Below the pieces are notes generated by a model. That model searched no databases, was not told where the DNA came from, and saw nothing but the letters and a program-made list of their open reading frames with translations. DNA of 64,000 nt from Octopus sinensis. Lineage: Eukaryota. The position numbers were made by a program, and so were the translations under genes. Of the stretch, positions 1-13,600 are shown one piece after another; positions within the stretch are counted from its first letter, which is position 1, and the number at the start of each line of letters is the position of its first letter. The stretch spans positions 30,132,001 to 30,196,000 of the forward strand of contig NC_043009.1 in assembly GCF_006345805.1 (NCBI RefSeq), given 5' to 3'.

Positions 1-250
1 TCTCCTTCTTCTTCTCCTTCTTCTTCTTCTACTCCTCCTCCTCCTTCTTCTTCTTCTTCTACTTCTTCTTCTTTTTCTTCTCCTTCTCCTTCTTCTCCTT
101 CTCCTTCTTCTTCTCCTTCTTCTTCTTCTACTCCTCCTCCTCCTCCTCCTTCTTCTTCTTCTTCTTCTTCTTCTTCTCCATCTCCTACTTCTCCTCTACC
201 ACCTCCACCTCCTCCCATACCCTCCTCCACACTTCCTTCACCTCCTTCTT
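1..250. repeat. Pyrimidine-rich (CTT/CCT)n trinucleotide tract
   Basis: Degenerate ttc/ctc triplet repeats running from the window start to about 250. Confidence 0.95.
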
Positions 251-654
251 CACTCTAATGAGTCAAATTCAAGCAGAAAGAAGAAATGCTGAGAGAATTT
301 ATTTCATTAAATTCTATTCATACTGATGACAAAATAGTATCTTTTTTTTTTTGCACCGTGATATAAATGGTGGGAGATATAATGCGTAGCCATGACGCTG
401 TGTATGCGCCAAAGTGTGCCTTTATACGCGATGAATTGTATAGCTTAGGCATGAGTCTGTGTATTTCTATATATGTCAGTGCATCTGTAAGGTTATGTGC
501 AACATGCACGTCTCACTGAATGGATGTATGCTAATGCGCGAGCGTAGCTATTCATGCACATGTGTGTCTATGTGTGTGAAGAAATATGCGCGTGTCTATG
601 TGTGCGTTTGGTGGCTATATATGGTTGCTCCTTACTTCTGATTTAGTGTGTAGG

Positions 655-666
655 TGTATGTATATA

Positions 667-702
<36 letters not shown>

Positions 703-915
703 TGCATATATAAATATACATACATATATATATGCGCACATAAATTCATATATATGTGTATATATATACATATACATATATATATATACATACATACGTA
801 CATACATACATATATATATATATGTGAATTTATGTGCGTATATATATTGGCATACAAATATATATGAGTGTGTGAGTGTGTGTAAGTGTGTCTATGTTTG
901 TCAGTGAGTGAGTGA
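655..915. repeat. Compound (TA)n/(TATG)n/(GT)n microsatellite
   Basis: Visible directly; source of the YI/MYVC-type ORFs in the track. Confidence 0.95.
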
Positions 916-1727
916 GTGTAAGAATACGGCTGTTAGTGGAAGCTAGTTATATACCGTACTTTATACAAATGAGACCATACATAGCAAGATAACTGCAATG
1001 CCTTAAACCAAATGAGAACTGTATAATGCACTCCTTCCCTCATCCTCTCTCTCTCTCGCTCTATGTTGAGTGCATGTGTCGCGTCTGAGTATATGTGTGT
1101 GAGTATATGCGTGAGAGTGCTGCGGTGGTGGTGGTGGTGGTGTGTGTAGTTCACTTTAGATTTATATAATTCACTCTAGATCTATTTAGTTCATTAAGTA
1201 TCCATGTAGTTCACTGTAAGAGCGTTAGAGAGCTGAGTTGAAAAATTACTGATGAAGTAACGGAGAGGGTCGATATGTTGTTTGTGCCGACTCATCGACA
1301 GACAACTCTCAATGACGAACAATCTACATAGATGTAAACATCTTTTTGTTATTGTTACTGTTGTTGTTTAATATTGTTGAATGAGCATTTCTACGGATCA
1401 AAATATTTCCTACTTCGAATGTTCTATCATTTGAATGATCAACGTTTACCTACGTTGTCAAATGTGTTCTCGATTTTTCAATATGTCATCGTTTAATTTA
1501 AGAGAAATATATTACATATAGCAGATCCATTCAGCTATCTATAATACGTATAATAGAACGAAGCTCATGATTCGAATACATATTAGATAGAGAATATACT
1601 GGTATTCCTGTATACTTTAAAGCTGTCGAATTATACGTTGGCTGCCATGGTGAGTGCAACTCGTTTTGTTGCTGTAAAATTCGCTTTATGATATCCGAAA
1701 GGATGAAAGGTGAAGTCAACCTCGGCA

Positions 1728-1950
1728 CGAGCTGGCAGAAACGTTAGCAAGCCGGGCGAATGCTTTGTGGTATTTCGTCCGCCGCTGCGTTCTGAGTTCA
1801 AATTCCGCCGAGGTCGACTTTGCCTTTCATCATTTCGGGGTCGATAAATTAAGTACCAATTACGTACTGGGTTCGATGTAATCGACTTAATGCCTTTGTC
1901 TGTCCTTGTTTGTCCCCTCTATGTTTAGCCCCTTGTAGTCAATAAAGAAA
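1728..1950 (+). mobile_element. SINE family M copy (GGCGGCGAGCTGGCAG head, CCTTTCATCCTTTCGGGGTCGATAAA core)
   Basis: Aligns by eye with copies at 15885, 44972 and 61997; ends in aataaagaaa. Confidence 0.9.
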
Positions 1951-1990
1951 TTAGAATTTGAACTCACAACGTAGCGACGGGTGTAATAAC

Positions 1991-2192
1991 TATTTCTTTA
2001 CTACCCACAAGAGGCTAAACACAGAGATGACAAACAAGGACAGACAAAGGGGTTAAGTCGATTATATCGACTCCAGTGCGTAACTGGTATTTATTGAATC
2101 GACTCCGAAAGGATGAAAGGCAAAGTCGACCTCGGCTGAATACCGCTAAGCATTTCATCCAAGCAGGCTAATGATTCTGCTAGCTTGCCGCC
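1991..2192 (-). mobile_element. SINE family M copy, inverted relative to 1728-1950
   Basis: Reverse-complement core gactccgaaaggatgaaaggcaaagtcgacctcgg; head ...gcttgccgcc at 2192. Confidence 0.9.
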
Positions 2193-2211
2193 TGGGATAA
2201 TAATAACCCTT

Positions 2212-2392
2212 TCTTCTAAAGGCACAAAGCCTCAAATTTTGACAGGTAGGGGACTAGTGTAACTGGTACCTATTTAATTAACCCTCAAAAGTAAATTCGA
2301 CCTCAGTGGAATTTGAACGCAGACCATAGCGATATGCGAAATGCCGCTAAGCATCCCATCCAACAGGCTAACGATTCTGCCAGCTTGCCGGC
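2212..2392 (-). mobile_element. Diverged SINE family M copy (ggcacaaggcc/aaattt 3' variant)
   Basis: Shared head and body motifs, more mismatches. Confidence 0.75.
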
Positions 2393-2459
2393 TTAAATGA
2401 TAATAATAATAATAATAACAACAACAATAATAATAATAATAATGATGATGATGAGTATT

Positions 2460-2815
2460 GAGTTAAAGCACTAGTTCCATAATAAGTGGTACTTTAGTGC
2501 CAACTTATTACGACGGAGTTCTATGAGGGATACTGGATAAGTGGTTATGGTATTCGTAAGCCGAATACCGGATGGTATTCGTAAGCCGAATACCGTATGT
2601 TCGATACTGGCGATGCATTGAAAATACTTTTCCTTGTGGTAATTTGTGCATTTGATACAACACCTAAAATTTTACCTAATAGATTGAAAAAGACTGGAAT
2701 CGAAACTGGCAGTAAAGTACTATCCAATATTCTGCAAGAATCCCAAGGGTAATTATTAAGATTTTAGAAAATGTGTTGTCACTAAACATCAAGAAAAAAT
2801 AATTGCTACCTAAAT
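2460..2815 (+). mobile_element. Decayed 3' fragment of an RLE non-LTR retrotransposon
   Basis: Translates VVICAFDTTPKILPNRLKKTGIET... then TIQYSARI, like the PIxIGALG...LQK..L.SA.ILR C-terminus of R4/Dong-type elements; (AAT)n on both sides. Confidence 0.65.
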
Positions 2816-3171
2816 TATAATAATAATAATAATAATAATGATAATAATAATGATGATGATGATGATGTTGATGATGATGATGGTTTCAAATTTTGGCACA
2901 AGCGCAGTAAATGCGAGGGAGGGCGGGGCCAGTCTATTACATCGATCCTAGTATTTATGTTTAAAATCCGATACTGAATTTATCGCCGCCTGTATTGCCG
3001 AATGACTGAGCTACGGGGACACAAACAAACAAACGACGCTCTTCAGCTTTTCGTGTGCATCACAGAATACACACATACATGCACAAAATACATACATACA
3101 TACACATGCATATATACATAAATACATACATACATATATATATATATATGTGTGTGTGCGTGTATGCACAT

Positions 3172-3214
<43 letters not shown>

Positions 3215-3227
3215 TTCGATTATTAAT

Positions 3228-3597
3228 TTGATTGCAACCATGCTGGTGCCCCGCTATGAGGAGTTTTAGACTGCAGTAATTAAAAAAAGCCTTGTACTTA
3301 CACTATTAGTGTCTTTTGCGAAACTGCTAAGTTACGGCGACGTAAATGAATCAATTCCGGTTGTCAGGCGGTATGTTGGGATGCGAAAGATGATACAAAG
3401 ACACGCATACACACAGGGACACTCCCATATGTCTATATACGACGGATTTCTTTCAATTTCCGTCGACGAAATCAACTGACAAGGGTTTGATTCTGCGTTA
3501 GAGTAGAAGACACTTGCCTAAGATGTCACGCAGTGGAACTGAACCCTAAACCATGCGGTGAGGAAGTAAACTTTTCACCATGCAACCACACCTGCGG
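3228..3597 (-). mobile_element. tRNA-headed SINE family T (internal microsatellite), diverged
   Basis: Shared motifs gctaagttacggcgacgtaa and agaagacacttgcc with copies at 8163, 27661 and 57362. Confidence 0.8.
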
Positions 3598-3643
3598 TTA
3601 TACACAGACAGCCAGACACAAACACACACACACACACATGCAT

Positions 3644-3708
<65 letters not shown>

Positions 3709-3734
3709 TAAATGAAAGAATGGTGTCGAACGAC

Positions 3735-3845
3735 GATTTAACAAACTTCCTTTATTCTCGTCATATGTTTCGAAGACAGCATATTCTTAATTCCGAAGGA
3801 ATAAAGGGTGCATAATGCCTTCTTCTCATCAGGAAAGACAAGGAA
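3735..3845 (-). mobile_element. Penelope-like terminal remnant with hammerhead-like core
   Basis: Minus strand CTGATGA-GAAGA...TCTTC-GAAAC; the Penelope assignment is inference. Confidence 0.5.
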
Positions 3846-3942
3846 CTTATGTCAGCATCATGACGAACAAAAACTTTTAGATGTCTGCCCACACAGAGTC
3901 CATAGTTAACCGAATTATCCATACTAGGATAATTCATTCTAC

Positions 3943-3973
<31 letters not shown>

Positions 3974-4251
3974 ACTAGCTGCAAAATCTCAAGAAGAGAC
4001 CAACGTAGAAATTATAAAGTCTATTGCCATTCAAGGTGGCTGTTCTATGTTACTACCAGCTCAATACTGGGTCAGTCTCGCAATCCTGTTACATGCTAGA
4101 GAATGGTAAGGGTTCGCTTCCCCGAATAGCAATATATATTTTATATAAAGGGTACAGCTACGCATTGGTAACCAGCTGCCGGAATATCTGCCTGGGGTTA
4201 AACTAGTAGTAACATGCAACAGCCACTTTGATGTGAGGTCTGACTTTACAT

Positions 4252-4311
<60 letters not shown>

Positions 4312-4439
4312 ATTTATATATATATATATATGTGTATATATATATATATAGTTGAAATTTACATAAAAAGAAGACGAAGACGTGTATGAACAACAATCAG
4401 GTGTAATAGTTTGACGCTCGAGAAAGTGAGGAAGTCTTT

Positions 4440-4615
<176 letters not shown>

Positions 4616-6099
4616 AATGTGTCTGAAAAGGCTGGATCAGGCTTTACAGCGGTAAAAAGAGATGGAACAAGAAGAAATGTGAGCTTTCCGAAGAAAGATC
4701 AAAAGGAGACATTAACAATTATGATGACAAACATAGTAAGAAAATTAACTTATTGGTATGCTATTGTTCTGCATACGTTGTGAAATTAATTTTATACATG
4801 TATTTGTGTTTGCTTTGGAGTTTTTTCTTAAGATTCTAAATCCATTTGGATAGCGTTCCAACATAATACAGTATTGTTGCTGTAGTTTACCATACAAAGC
4901 AGATGAAATATTACATAAAAATTAATACATAGACATAGCATTACCGATAAAATGATAGAAACATACATATATGTGCAACACATATGCATGTTATATAATC
5001 GTTCTTACTCCCTTTCTGTTTTTATGCCCTTATATATGTGCATGTGTTCAAATCTATCTATCTATCTAGTTTATCCATCTATCTACCTATCTATTTATAT
5101 ACCTATCTATCTACCTTTGTTTCTATCTATTTGTTTATCTATCTATCTATTGTTAGACGCACGCACACACACAAGCATACGTACACAGAGCGCGCAGGAA
5201 AATTCTAGGAAAACACGCAATCGTTAACCTCTGTGAAACAATACATCTATTCCTAAATGTATATAAACGACTAGAGCCTCTCCCCTCTCACTTTCTCTTC
5301 TCTCTCTTACGCCCTCTTGCTCGTTCTCTCTCTCTCTCTTTCACACAGTCTATCTATGTATCTATCTCCCGAACAACGCACACACATGTCAGACACATAC
5401 ATACCTACAAACTCTCTCACTCACACACGCCTGTTTCATGAAACAACTCACATAATCGTCTGCTTTTAAGCATTACGTATAATACTGCATTCATATATGC
5501 TTCTACTTGCATATTAAAGCTTTCGCGTTCACGGGCACACTTATGGAAGTATCCACTAAACACACACACACACACAGCTATTCAGAAGAATCGTACACAT
5601 GCACTATTACGTATATTTCACACATAGACACATGCAACAAGCATCAATATCTCAAAATGATTTAAATCTCATACAACCAGAAGTTCTGCTTCTGCAAAAC
5701 TTCGTATCAAAACAATAAAAAACATTTATACATCAAGTGGAAACACATATATTTCTAGATAAAAACAATATGGATAAATTTGCGCCAGAACAACAGAAGC
5801 AATCCACTTGAAATTTTGTATATATGCAGAGTGTATTCTTATTAAAATGTGTTGATTCTGGTGTTATTTCGAATGTCTTTATAATTTAGCTTTTAAAAAA
5901 AATATATAAATAAATTACCAAGTTTAAATCTGAAAATAGCATTAAAGAATACTTGAAATCTTCATTCGTTGTATTTTGCAAAATATTTTTTTTTAAATCA
6001 AGTCTTAGATTATTAAATTAAAACCGAAAGCTTTTTTTTTTACCATTTTAAATCTCTTCAAAGTGTGCTTATACGATATATACACACACACACACACAT

Positions 6100-6147
<48 letters not shown>

Positions 6148-6182
6148 ATATGTATTTAAAATTAAATTTATAAAATAACAAA

Positions 6183-6228
<46 letters not shown>

Positions 6229-6530
6229 TGAAAATTTGAATATTTATGTATATGTATATATGTATGTATGTATGTGTGTGTATGTATATGTACATATGTG
6301 CTTTTGCGCTTCTGAGTTTGCTTGTGTTTAACAACGACAGAAAACTCCGAAGCAAGTTTCCTGCATGTTCGATTCTCCATATTATGATTTCTTCATTTAA
6401 CTCCTTCACCTTGAATTGTCCGCTAACTCCTACCTCTGTAGTAGAAATGTTGCTACAGTTACGACTAGTACTAGTAGTAGTAACAGCAGAAACAGTGAGA
6501 GCAGATTCAGAAATCGCAGCAGCAGCAGCT

Positions 6531-6583
<53 letters not shown>

Positions 6584-6740
6584 TGTAGTTGAGGAGAAAA
6601 ATCCGACAAATGTAAATAATGTACATAATTCCTCATCTCTTAAATATAGAACTGGCAAGTAGTTGTCTTGAAAAAATAGAAGTGGTGTTTTATCCCAATG
6701 TTCATACTATTGCTGAAATAATATGAAACATTACAGTAGA

Positions 6741-7132
6741 CTGCCCAATTCTGGTTCACGATAATGCAAAGCCACATGTTGCAAGAATGGCGCGGGAGAA
6801 ATTCTCAGACTTGGGATACGAGACTTTATCTCATCTTCCATATTCTCCTGACCTTTCACTCACTGGCTACGATTTTTAAGGCATTTAAACACGTTTTTAA
6901 GTGATAACACTTTCAGGTCCAAGCCAGAGGTGGAATTAGCTTTCAAAGATCTCTTAGCATCAGAGCCAATAAGTTTTCATCAACGAGGAATAAATAACCT
7001 CGTTGATCGATGGCAGAGATGCATAGACGTTCACGGCTCATACTTTGACTAATCAAAACATTTCTATTTTTAATTTTTCCAGAATAAAATTGTACTTCTG
7101 AAATCGACCGTTATTTTCGGAACAACCTAATA
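6741..7132 (+). mobile_element. Mariner transposase 3' remnant with right end
   Basis: Translates PILVHDNAKPHVARMAREKFSDLGYETLSHLPYSPDL (HDNAxPH and YSPDL motifs), then RWQRCIDVHGSYFD*; ends ...aacaacctaata like a mariner TIR. Confidence 0.9.
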
Positions 7133-7649
7133 TTTAAATTTATTTGCTTTACTATGCTTTAGTGTGTTTCGGCGAATACATACAACAGCAACTGACAAAT
7201 CTAACTCTAGAAGAATTCCAAATTTTAAATGTTTATTGAGTTTACTTATACTAGATTCTTGTCGATACATAAAATACCATTTAATTACTAAATTCATATT
7301 AACCTCTCAGTTCCTTTTACTTCCTTACACAACTATAGTCAATTTGGCCTTTTGCCACAAGTAATTGAATTAAACCCTTGCCTTTATATTTAATAATCAT
7401 TCAAAATTATACAACCTTTTAAACTTGTAAGCCATACTTTTTATTACTGATGTCCTGCTTTGTTGCTACATTATTTCAAGTTCATTTAATGCTACTCTAA
7501 ACAATTTATAAGATAACATAAAGCGACCATACGACAGTAAATTAACCGAAAACAAAAACGTATATGAAAGATGATTAAACTGAAATTTACAGTTGAAGGA
7601 AATTAATTGCAAGTCTACATTAATGCAGTTTAAAAAGTTCCTTCTTCAT

Positions 7650-8035
7650 TGTTGCACAAGGCCAGCAAATTTGAGGGATGGGGAAGTCGGTCACATCGAC
7701 ACCAGTCCTCAACTAGTAATTATTTTCTCGAGCTGGAATGGATGAACGGCAAATTCGACCCAAGTGAGATTTGTACTCTCAACGTAAATCTGAAAGATGT
7801 CCCGCTAAGAATTTTTTTCGGGGTACTTGATTCTGCAATTTCACTGCAGTTTTAAACAAGAGTTTCAAATTCTAACACAGAGTCAGAGTCTTTGAGGAGA
7901 GGTTGAAGCCAATTACACGGACGCTAATACTTGCCTGGTACTCACTTTGTTGATCCCGAAGGGATGAAACACAAAATTTTAGAACGCCAAGCTGCTAAGT
8001 ATTTTGTCCGGTGTGTTAACGCTTGTGCCTGTTCA
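7650..8035 (-). mobile_element. Two decayed SINE family M copies
   Basis: cacaaggccagcaaattt 3' motif and cccgaagggatgaaa core. Confidence 0.6.
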
Positions 8036-8162
8036 CTGCTGTTTTAATAAAGCCAAACAATAAAGGAAAATAAGAAACATTTTTTTTTTAATTACAAGTT
8101 TCATAGAGATCTGATCATGGTTTAAATCATACTCCGAAGCATCCACTTCCATACACTTTTAA

Positions 8163-8400
8163 TTACTCTTTACTCTTTTACTCCTGTACTTGTTTCAGTC
8201 ATTTGACTGCGGCCATGCTGGAGCACCGCCTTTAGTCGAGCAAATCGTATCCGGGACTTATTCTTTGTAAGCCCAGTACTTATTCTATCGGTCTCTTTTA
8301 CAGAACTGCTAAGTGACGGGGACGTAAACACACCAGCATCGGTTGTCAAGCAATGCTAGAGGGACAAACACAGACACACAAACATACACACACACACACA

Positions 8401-8498
<98 letters not shown>

Positions 8499-8667
8499 CA
8501 TATATATATACGACAGGCTTCTTTCAGTTTCCATCTACCAAAGCCACTCACAATGCTTTGGTCGGCCCGAGGCTATAGAAGAAGACACTTGCCCAAGGTG
8601 TCACGCAGTGGGACTGAACCTAAAACCATGTGGTTGTTTAGCAAGCTACATACCACACAGCCACTCC
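8163..8667 (-). mobile_element. Near full-length tRNA-headed SINE family T
   Basis: Minus head GGAGTGGCTGTGTGGT...GGTTCAGTCCCAC (A/B-box-like), internal (CA)n(TA)n, 3' stem-loop CAGTC-AAAT-GACTG and GAGTAAAA-type tail. Confidence 0.9.
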
Positions 8668-8999
8668 TTTATATTATTTAATATAAATAAACATTTCTCC
8701 ACATATTCCAGACTACTTGAAACAACAAGATATAAAATTACACACGTTTTTCTGATATAAACCAAACCTCTAAAATGTATTAGAATTTCAACATATACGA
8801 GATGATTTTATTTGCACAATATGGTTTTTAAGCAACATAAAATTTTTGATTTAAATGTTTGCAGCACATATCACCGATGTAGCACAAACCTTTTGAAAAC
8901 AGAATGCTATTTTAAGAAAGACATGTTTGTATTCGGTGATGTTCCCACAATAATATAATATATTTCGAAGAGCTCTTTATGCAATCTTTAAAACTTCTG

Positions 9000-9023
9000 C
9001 CATCATATACATGCATACATACA

Positions 9024-9066
<43 letters not shown>

Positions 9067-9075
9067 TATATATAT

Positions 9076-9154
<79 letters not shown>

Positions 9155-9177
9155 TAGATAGATAGATAGATAGATAG

Positions 9178-9210
<33 letters not shown>

Positions 9211-9242
9211 TATAGATATATATATATATATATATTATATAT

Positions 9243-9323
<81 letters not shown>

Positions 9324-9330
9324 GAGATGT
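9000..9330. repeat. Compound (TA)n/(GA)n/(GATA)n microsatellite
   Basis: Visible directly. Confidence 0.95.
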
Positions 9331-10096
9331 TTTATAAAAATGGTGATATTAAGACTTTAATAGAACCACAATAGCCATAAGTGATGGAAATATAATAATT
9401 TACCACTTCTGTTTTGTTCCTGTGAGAATTTTCGACTCTGATGTTATTAAAGCATTTCTCCTTCAAAATAATATTTTGCATTCCGCTGAATTCACGTTGT
9501 TTATAATAAGTGTTATAACTTGCCTAACTACAGATTTAACTGACGTCGCTTACATGGTATGTATAGCTACAAACTAAATGAAAATCGCTTCTCTGGTTTT
9601 GCATACTACGACGTTTCGTGAGATTGAAACAATCACTGCTCCTGCAACTGTCATGATGAATATTATGAAGCAAAGAAACATTTCTGCATTACGTGTAGAT
9701 AATCCGTAGAACGCAGATTTACGTTTATGAGCAATGTCAAATTAAAAGATGTTTCAGAAAATGAGAGAAGGAAAAAAATATTTCAAACGTGATCTAAAAA
9801 TGTATCTACAGGAATATAAAAATGCATATTTAATACAAAATTTTGGAGAGGGTTATTCATCGAAAGAAGCTCAATCCGTCAAAAAATACACACCGTTAAA
9901 TACGAACGAACAATTCAATGATTGCGAATTGATATAATACGAAGAGTTGACAGTAAATTTCCTTAAAATATGTCACTGTGTATTTGCGAAATATTGAAAT
10001 GTAAAAAGCAATAAAAGGTATAGATTACGAGAGGAGCATTACATATATATATATATAGTATTCTATGGTCTTAAACTTTCTCCTCATATACCCATT

Positions 10097-10139
<43 letters not shown>

Positions 10140-10281
10140 CATACATACATATATATATATATGTATATATATATTTGTATATGCGTGCGTTCACGCGTGT
10201 ATATATATATATATATGTATATATGTATATATGTATGTATATATATATATATATATATATATGAGCGCACACGCGTGTGTA

Positions 10282-10314
<33 letters not shown>

Positions 10315-10319
10315 ATATG

Positions 10320-10355
<36 letters not shown>

Positions 10356-11714
10356 CGCACACGCGTGTGTATGTATATATATATATATATATACATACAT
10401 ACATATACACTCACACGCACACACACATATATACATTCGTATAAACAGAAATAGCAGATGGAAGGATAGATTATATATATATATGTGCGTGTCTGTGTCT
10501 GTGTGTGTGCGTGTATTTCAGTGTGCGTGTGTGTATGTGTGCATGTATGTATGCACCTATGTATCTATGCATGTATATGCATATATAGGCGTTCAGAAAT
10601 CTTGTTTATGAATTTATGTTTAAAGTGTAACTCTTCCGTAGTCTATTAGATTCCTTACAGGCTAAAATCTATAATGTTTTATGACTTGACTTAGGGGAAT
10701 TAAGTAAAAGAGAAGTCTATTTACTACTTCGTCTTCTTAAAAATCTAATTACTTTATTTCTTCAGAAATAAATAAATAAATAACTAAATACAATAAGTGA
10801 TTCAATTCATACAAATATATTATTATTAACAAACGTAGAAACAAATATACGAAAACAATAATCTAGAAAGGAATATAATAAATTTAAACGAAATAAATAA
10901 GCATAAAAATAAATCATAATTGTTTCATAAGAATGTGCCATTTATTATTTTATGGCTGGTTTAGCAATAATAGTATTGCAGAGAATCGGAGGAGTAAAAG
11001 AGAGAAAAGACGGGAAAATATTTTTCAATTTCTAATTGCGGAAAAGACAATACACACACACTCACGAAATGCTCATAAAGAAAGATTCTTATAAGCGAAT
11101 AAAAAAATAATAGTCTGACAAATTAAATTTAAAATATCATATATAAGTTATTAGTGTTCTATTAGGTTTTGCACAGTTTTAGGTAGACGGTTGTTTTATC
11201 TATTTTCCGTTTTTGTTGTGTTTTTTGGTTGATATATTTTTTTTAAATTCAATAATTACTGGAAAAAGATAGATGCCAGCTTGGAAGAATATAAATAATT
11301 TAAGAATCTTTAATAAGATTTAGTATTGCGGTTTCCTAAATAGATTTCTCGCTGCGCTGTTTTGGATACAAAGCGATAGAAAACCAGCAGCACGTTGATG
11401 AACACGGTTAAATTTACTTGGAATATATGCATACTTCCACGCTCCTGCACAAACGTACACACACACATATACACACACGCACACACATCTATGAAGATAT
11501 ATACACGTGTGTATGCATATACATTCTTATATGACACATATACACATCTATTATCTTTATGTATACATATATGTATGTGCATGTCTACAGGTTTTCTATA
11601 TTTATGGATATTTGTATCACATTTATATATATTTAGAAAAATTATTTAGGCATGCACAATAACAAACGCACTCGCACGCCTACGCATATGGATGTACGCA
11701 TGCATGTATGTATG

Positions 11715-11746
<32 letters not shown>

Positions 11747-11809
11747 CATGTGTGTGTCTGTATATATATTTATATATATATATATATATATATAAAACTT
11801 TGTATATAT

Positions 11810-12040
11810 GCAGGGGTGTCTGTTTGGTAAGTATCTTGCTAACCCATCACATGGTTCCGGGTCCAGTCCAAGTGCGAGTGTATTCTGCTATAGCCTCGGG
11901 CCGACCAAAGCCTTGTGAGTGAATTTGGTAGATAGAAACTAAAAGCGCGTCGTAGATATATGTGTGTTTGTGTGTGTGTCCGTATTTGTCCTTCATTAGC
12001 CGATGCTGGTGTCTTTACGTCCCCGTAACATAGCGGTTAA
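11810..12040 (+). mobile_element. SINE family T copy, 3' truncated
   Basis: catggttccgggtccagtcc head; tatagcctcgggccgaccaaagccttgtgagtg body. Confidence 0.85.
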
Positions 12041-12559
12041 AATCAGCATCCCCCTCACAATAATCTTCATCGTTTTTCCCGTCGTCAGCGTCACATTATA
12101 GTTAACCTCTTTGTCGTCATCATCATTATCGCACTCCTCATCGTTTCGATCTTAAGCCATGTTGATATTCTTCAAAATGGACACTTTTCTAAATCATTTA
12201 ACTAACGAGATCTCAAATAATTAATTATTGATCAAAATGTCTATTTAGGGTTCTTTGCTTCCAGATTTTACAATTCTCTTGGTTCCTTGTTCAAATCCCA
12301 GAGGGGTCAACCTTTCATTTTATAAGGAGAGAGTAGGGCATAGCTAGGGATTTATTTACTTACATCCTTACCCGCCACATATCGTGGGTTTGTACAAATT
12401 AAAAAGCTATTGATTATAAAATTCCGATAATAAGACTTGTGTCTTGTTTTTGGTGATGCTGGTAGTGATGTTGATGGCGTATTGTCGGTAAAGCTGAACA
12501 GACTCAACGACAATAATTGGTGGAAGAATAATAATCTGTTTTTGGGCCGAGAAAATAGG

Positions 12560-12990
12560 AGACACAAAGAGGGAAAGAGAGAGAGAGAGAGAGGCAGAAA
12601 GAGGGAGAGAGATAGAGAGAGAAACACACAGAGAGAATGAGATTAGACCGAAAAGTGAGAAGTGATTTCAGAAGGGAAATATAAAGCGAAGGCGCAAAAG
12701 AGGTCAGCGATGTAGGAAGTAATGTGGTGAAGTTGAAAGACAGATGAAAGATGAAAATCAATTGGTAGTGTGAGAGAAGAATGGAAATCGTAAGATTACA
12801 ATACAATGAACAGAGCGATAGAGAGGAGAGAGAGAGAGAAAGAGAGAGAAAGAGAGAGAGACATAGAAAAAGGGAGAGACACAGCGACAGAGCAAGAGGG
12901 AGAGAGAGAAAAAGTGACAGAAAGAGAGAGAGAGAGACATAGCAATGGGAGTAGAGAGACACATAGCGACTGAGAAAGAGAGAGACTGAA
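12560..12990. repeat. Degenerate GA-rich purine tract
   Basis: (GA)n with AAAG/GACA interruptions; a similar tract lies on the opposite strand at 14400-14570. Confidence 0.85.
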
Positions 12991-13099
12991 ATATTATCGA
13001 ATATTTGAAGAGGTATTAAGGGGAAAATTGAATCCAATAAAAGTTTAAATGCGGGACAGGGATTGAATAAAATGTAAGGAAGAAATGCATTATTAGTTT

Positions 13100-13600
13100 C
13101 AAATATTGGTACAAGGTCACCAATTTTGAGAGAATGGTGTCAGTCGATTCACACTAGTGCTCAATTGGTCCTTACTTTATCGACACCGAAAGGATGAAAG
13201 GCAAAGTCGATCACGGCAGAATTTGAACTCAGAATGTAAAGACGAAAAAATGCTACTGAGCCTTTTCGTTCTGCGTGATAATGGTTCTGCCATTGAAAAA
13301 TATATTTGTAATATTACTCTGAAGAAATAGGCAGCGAGCTAGAAGAATCGCTGATAAGCTGGGTTTGGCATTATTTCCCTGAATTTCAGTCTTTGAATTC
13401 CAATGTCACTGGGGTTGACTTTATTGTCTGTTTTCTTTAAGGCCGAAGCGTTAGCACACCGCACAAAATGCTTGGTGGCATATCGACTTTGCTTTTCAAT
13501 ATTTCGTGGTCCATTAAAATAAGTACCTGTTGAATGCTGGGATCGATGTACTCGTCTTGTCCCCTTTTCCAAAGTTGTGTCAAATATTAGAACCAATATT
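13100..13600. mobile_element. Two decayed SINE family M copies, head-to-head (13100-13270 minus, 13326-13600 plus)
   Basis: gaaaggatgaaaggcaaagtcga on minus; ggcagcgagctagaagaatcg head on plus. Confidence 0.7.

Noticed and set aside
586-907. Numerous YI/MYVC/HT-rich ORFs here and at 10.0-10.6, 37.3-37.7, 42.7-43.0, 50.6-51.1, 52.4-52.9, 56.8-57.4 and 63.4-63.8 kb
   Set aside because: Translations of microsatellites that lack stop codons
6005-6662. 217-aa minus and 138-aa plus ORFs
   Set aside because: Built from (TA)n and (AGT)n repeats plus a 50-bp piece (6600-6651) that is also present at 48989-49040, so repeat-derived
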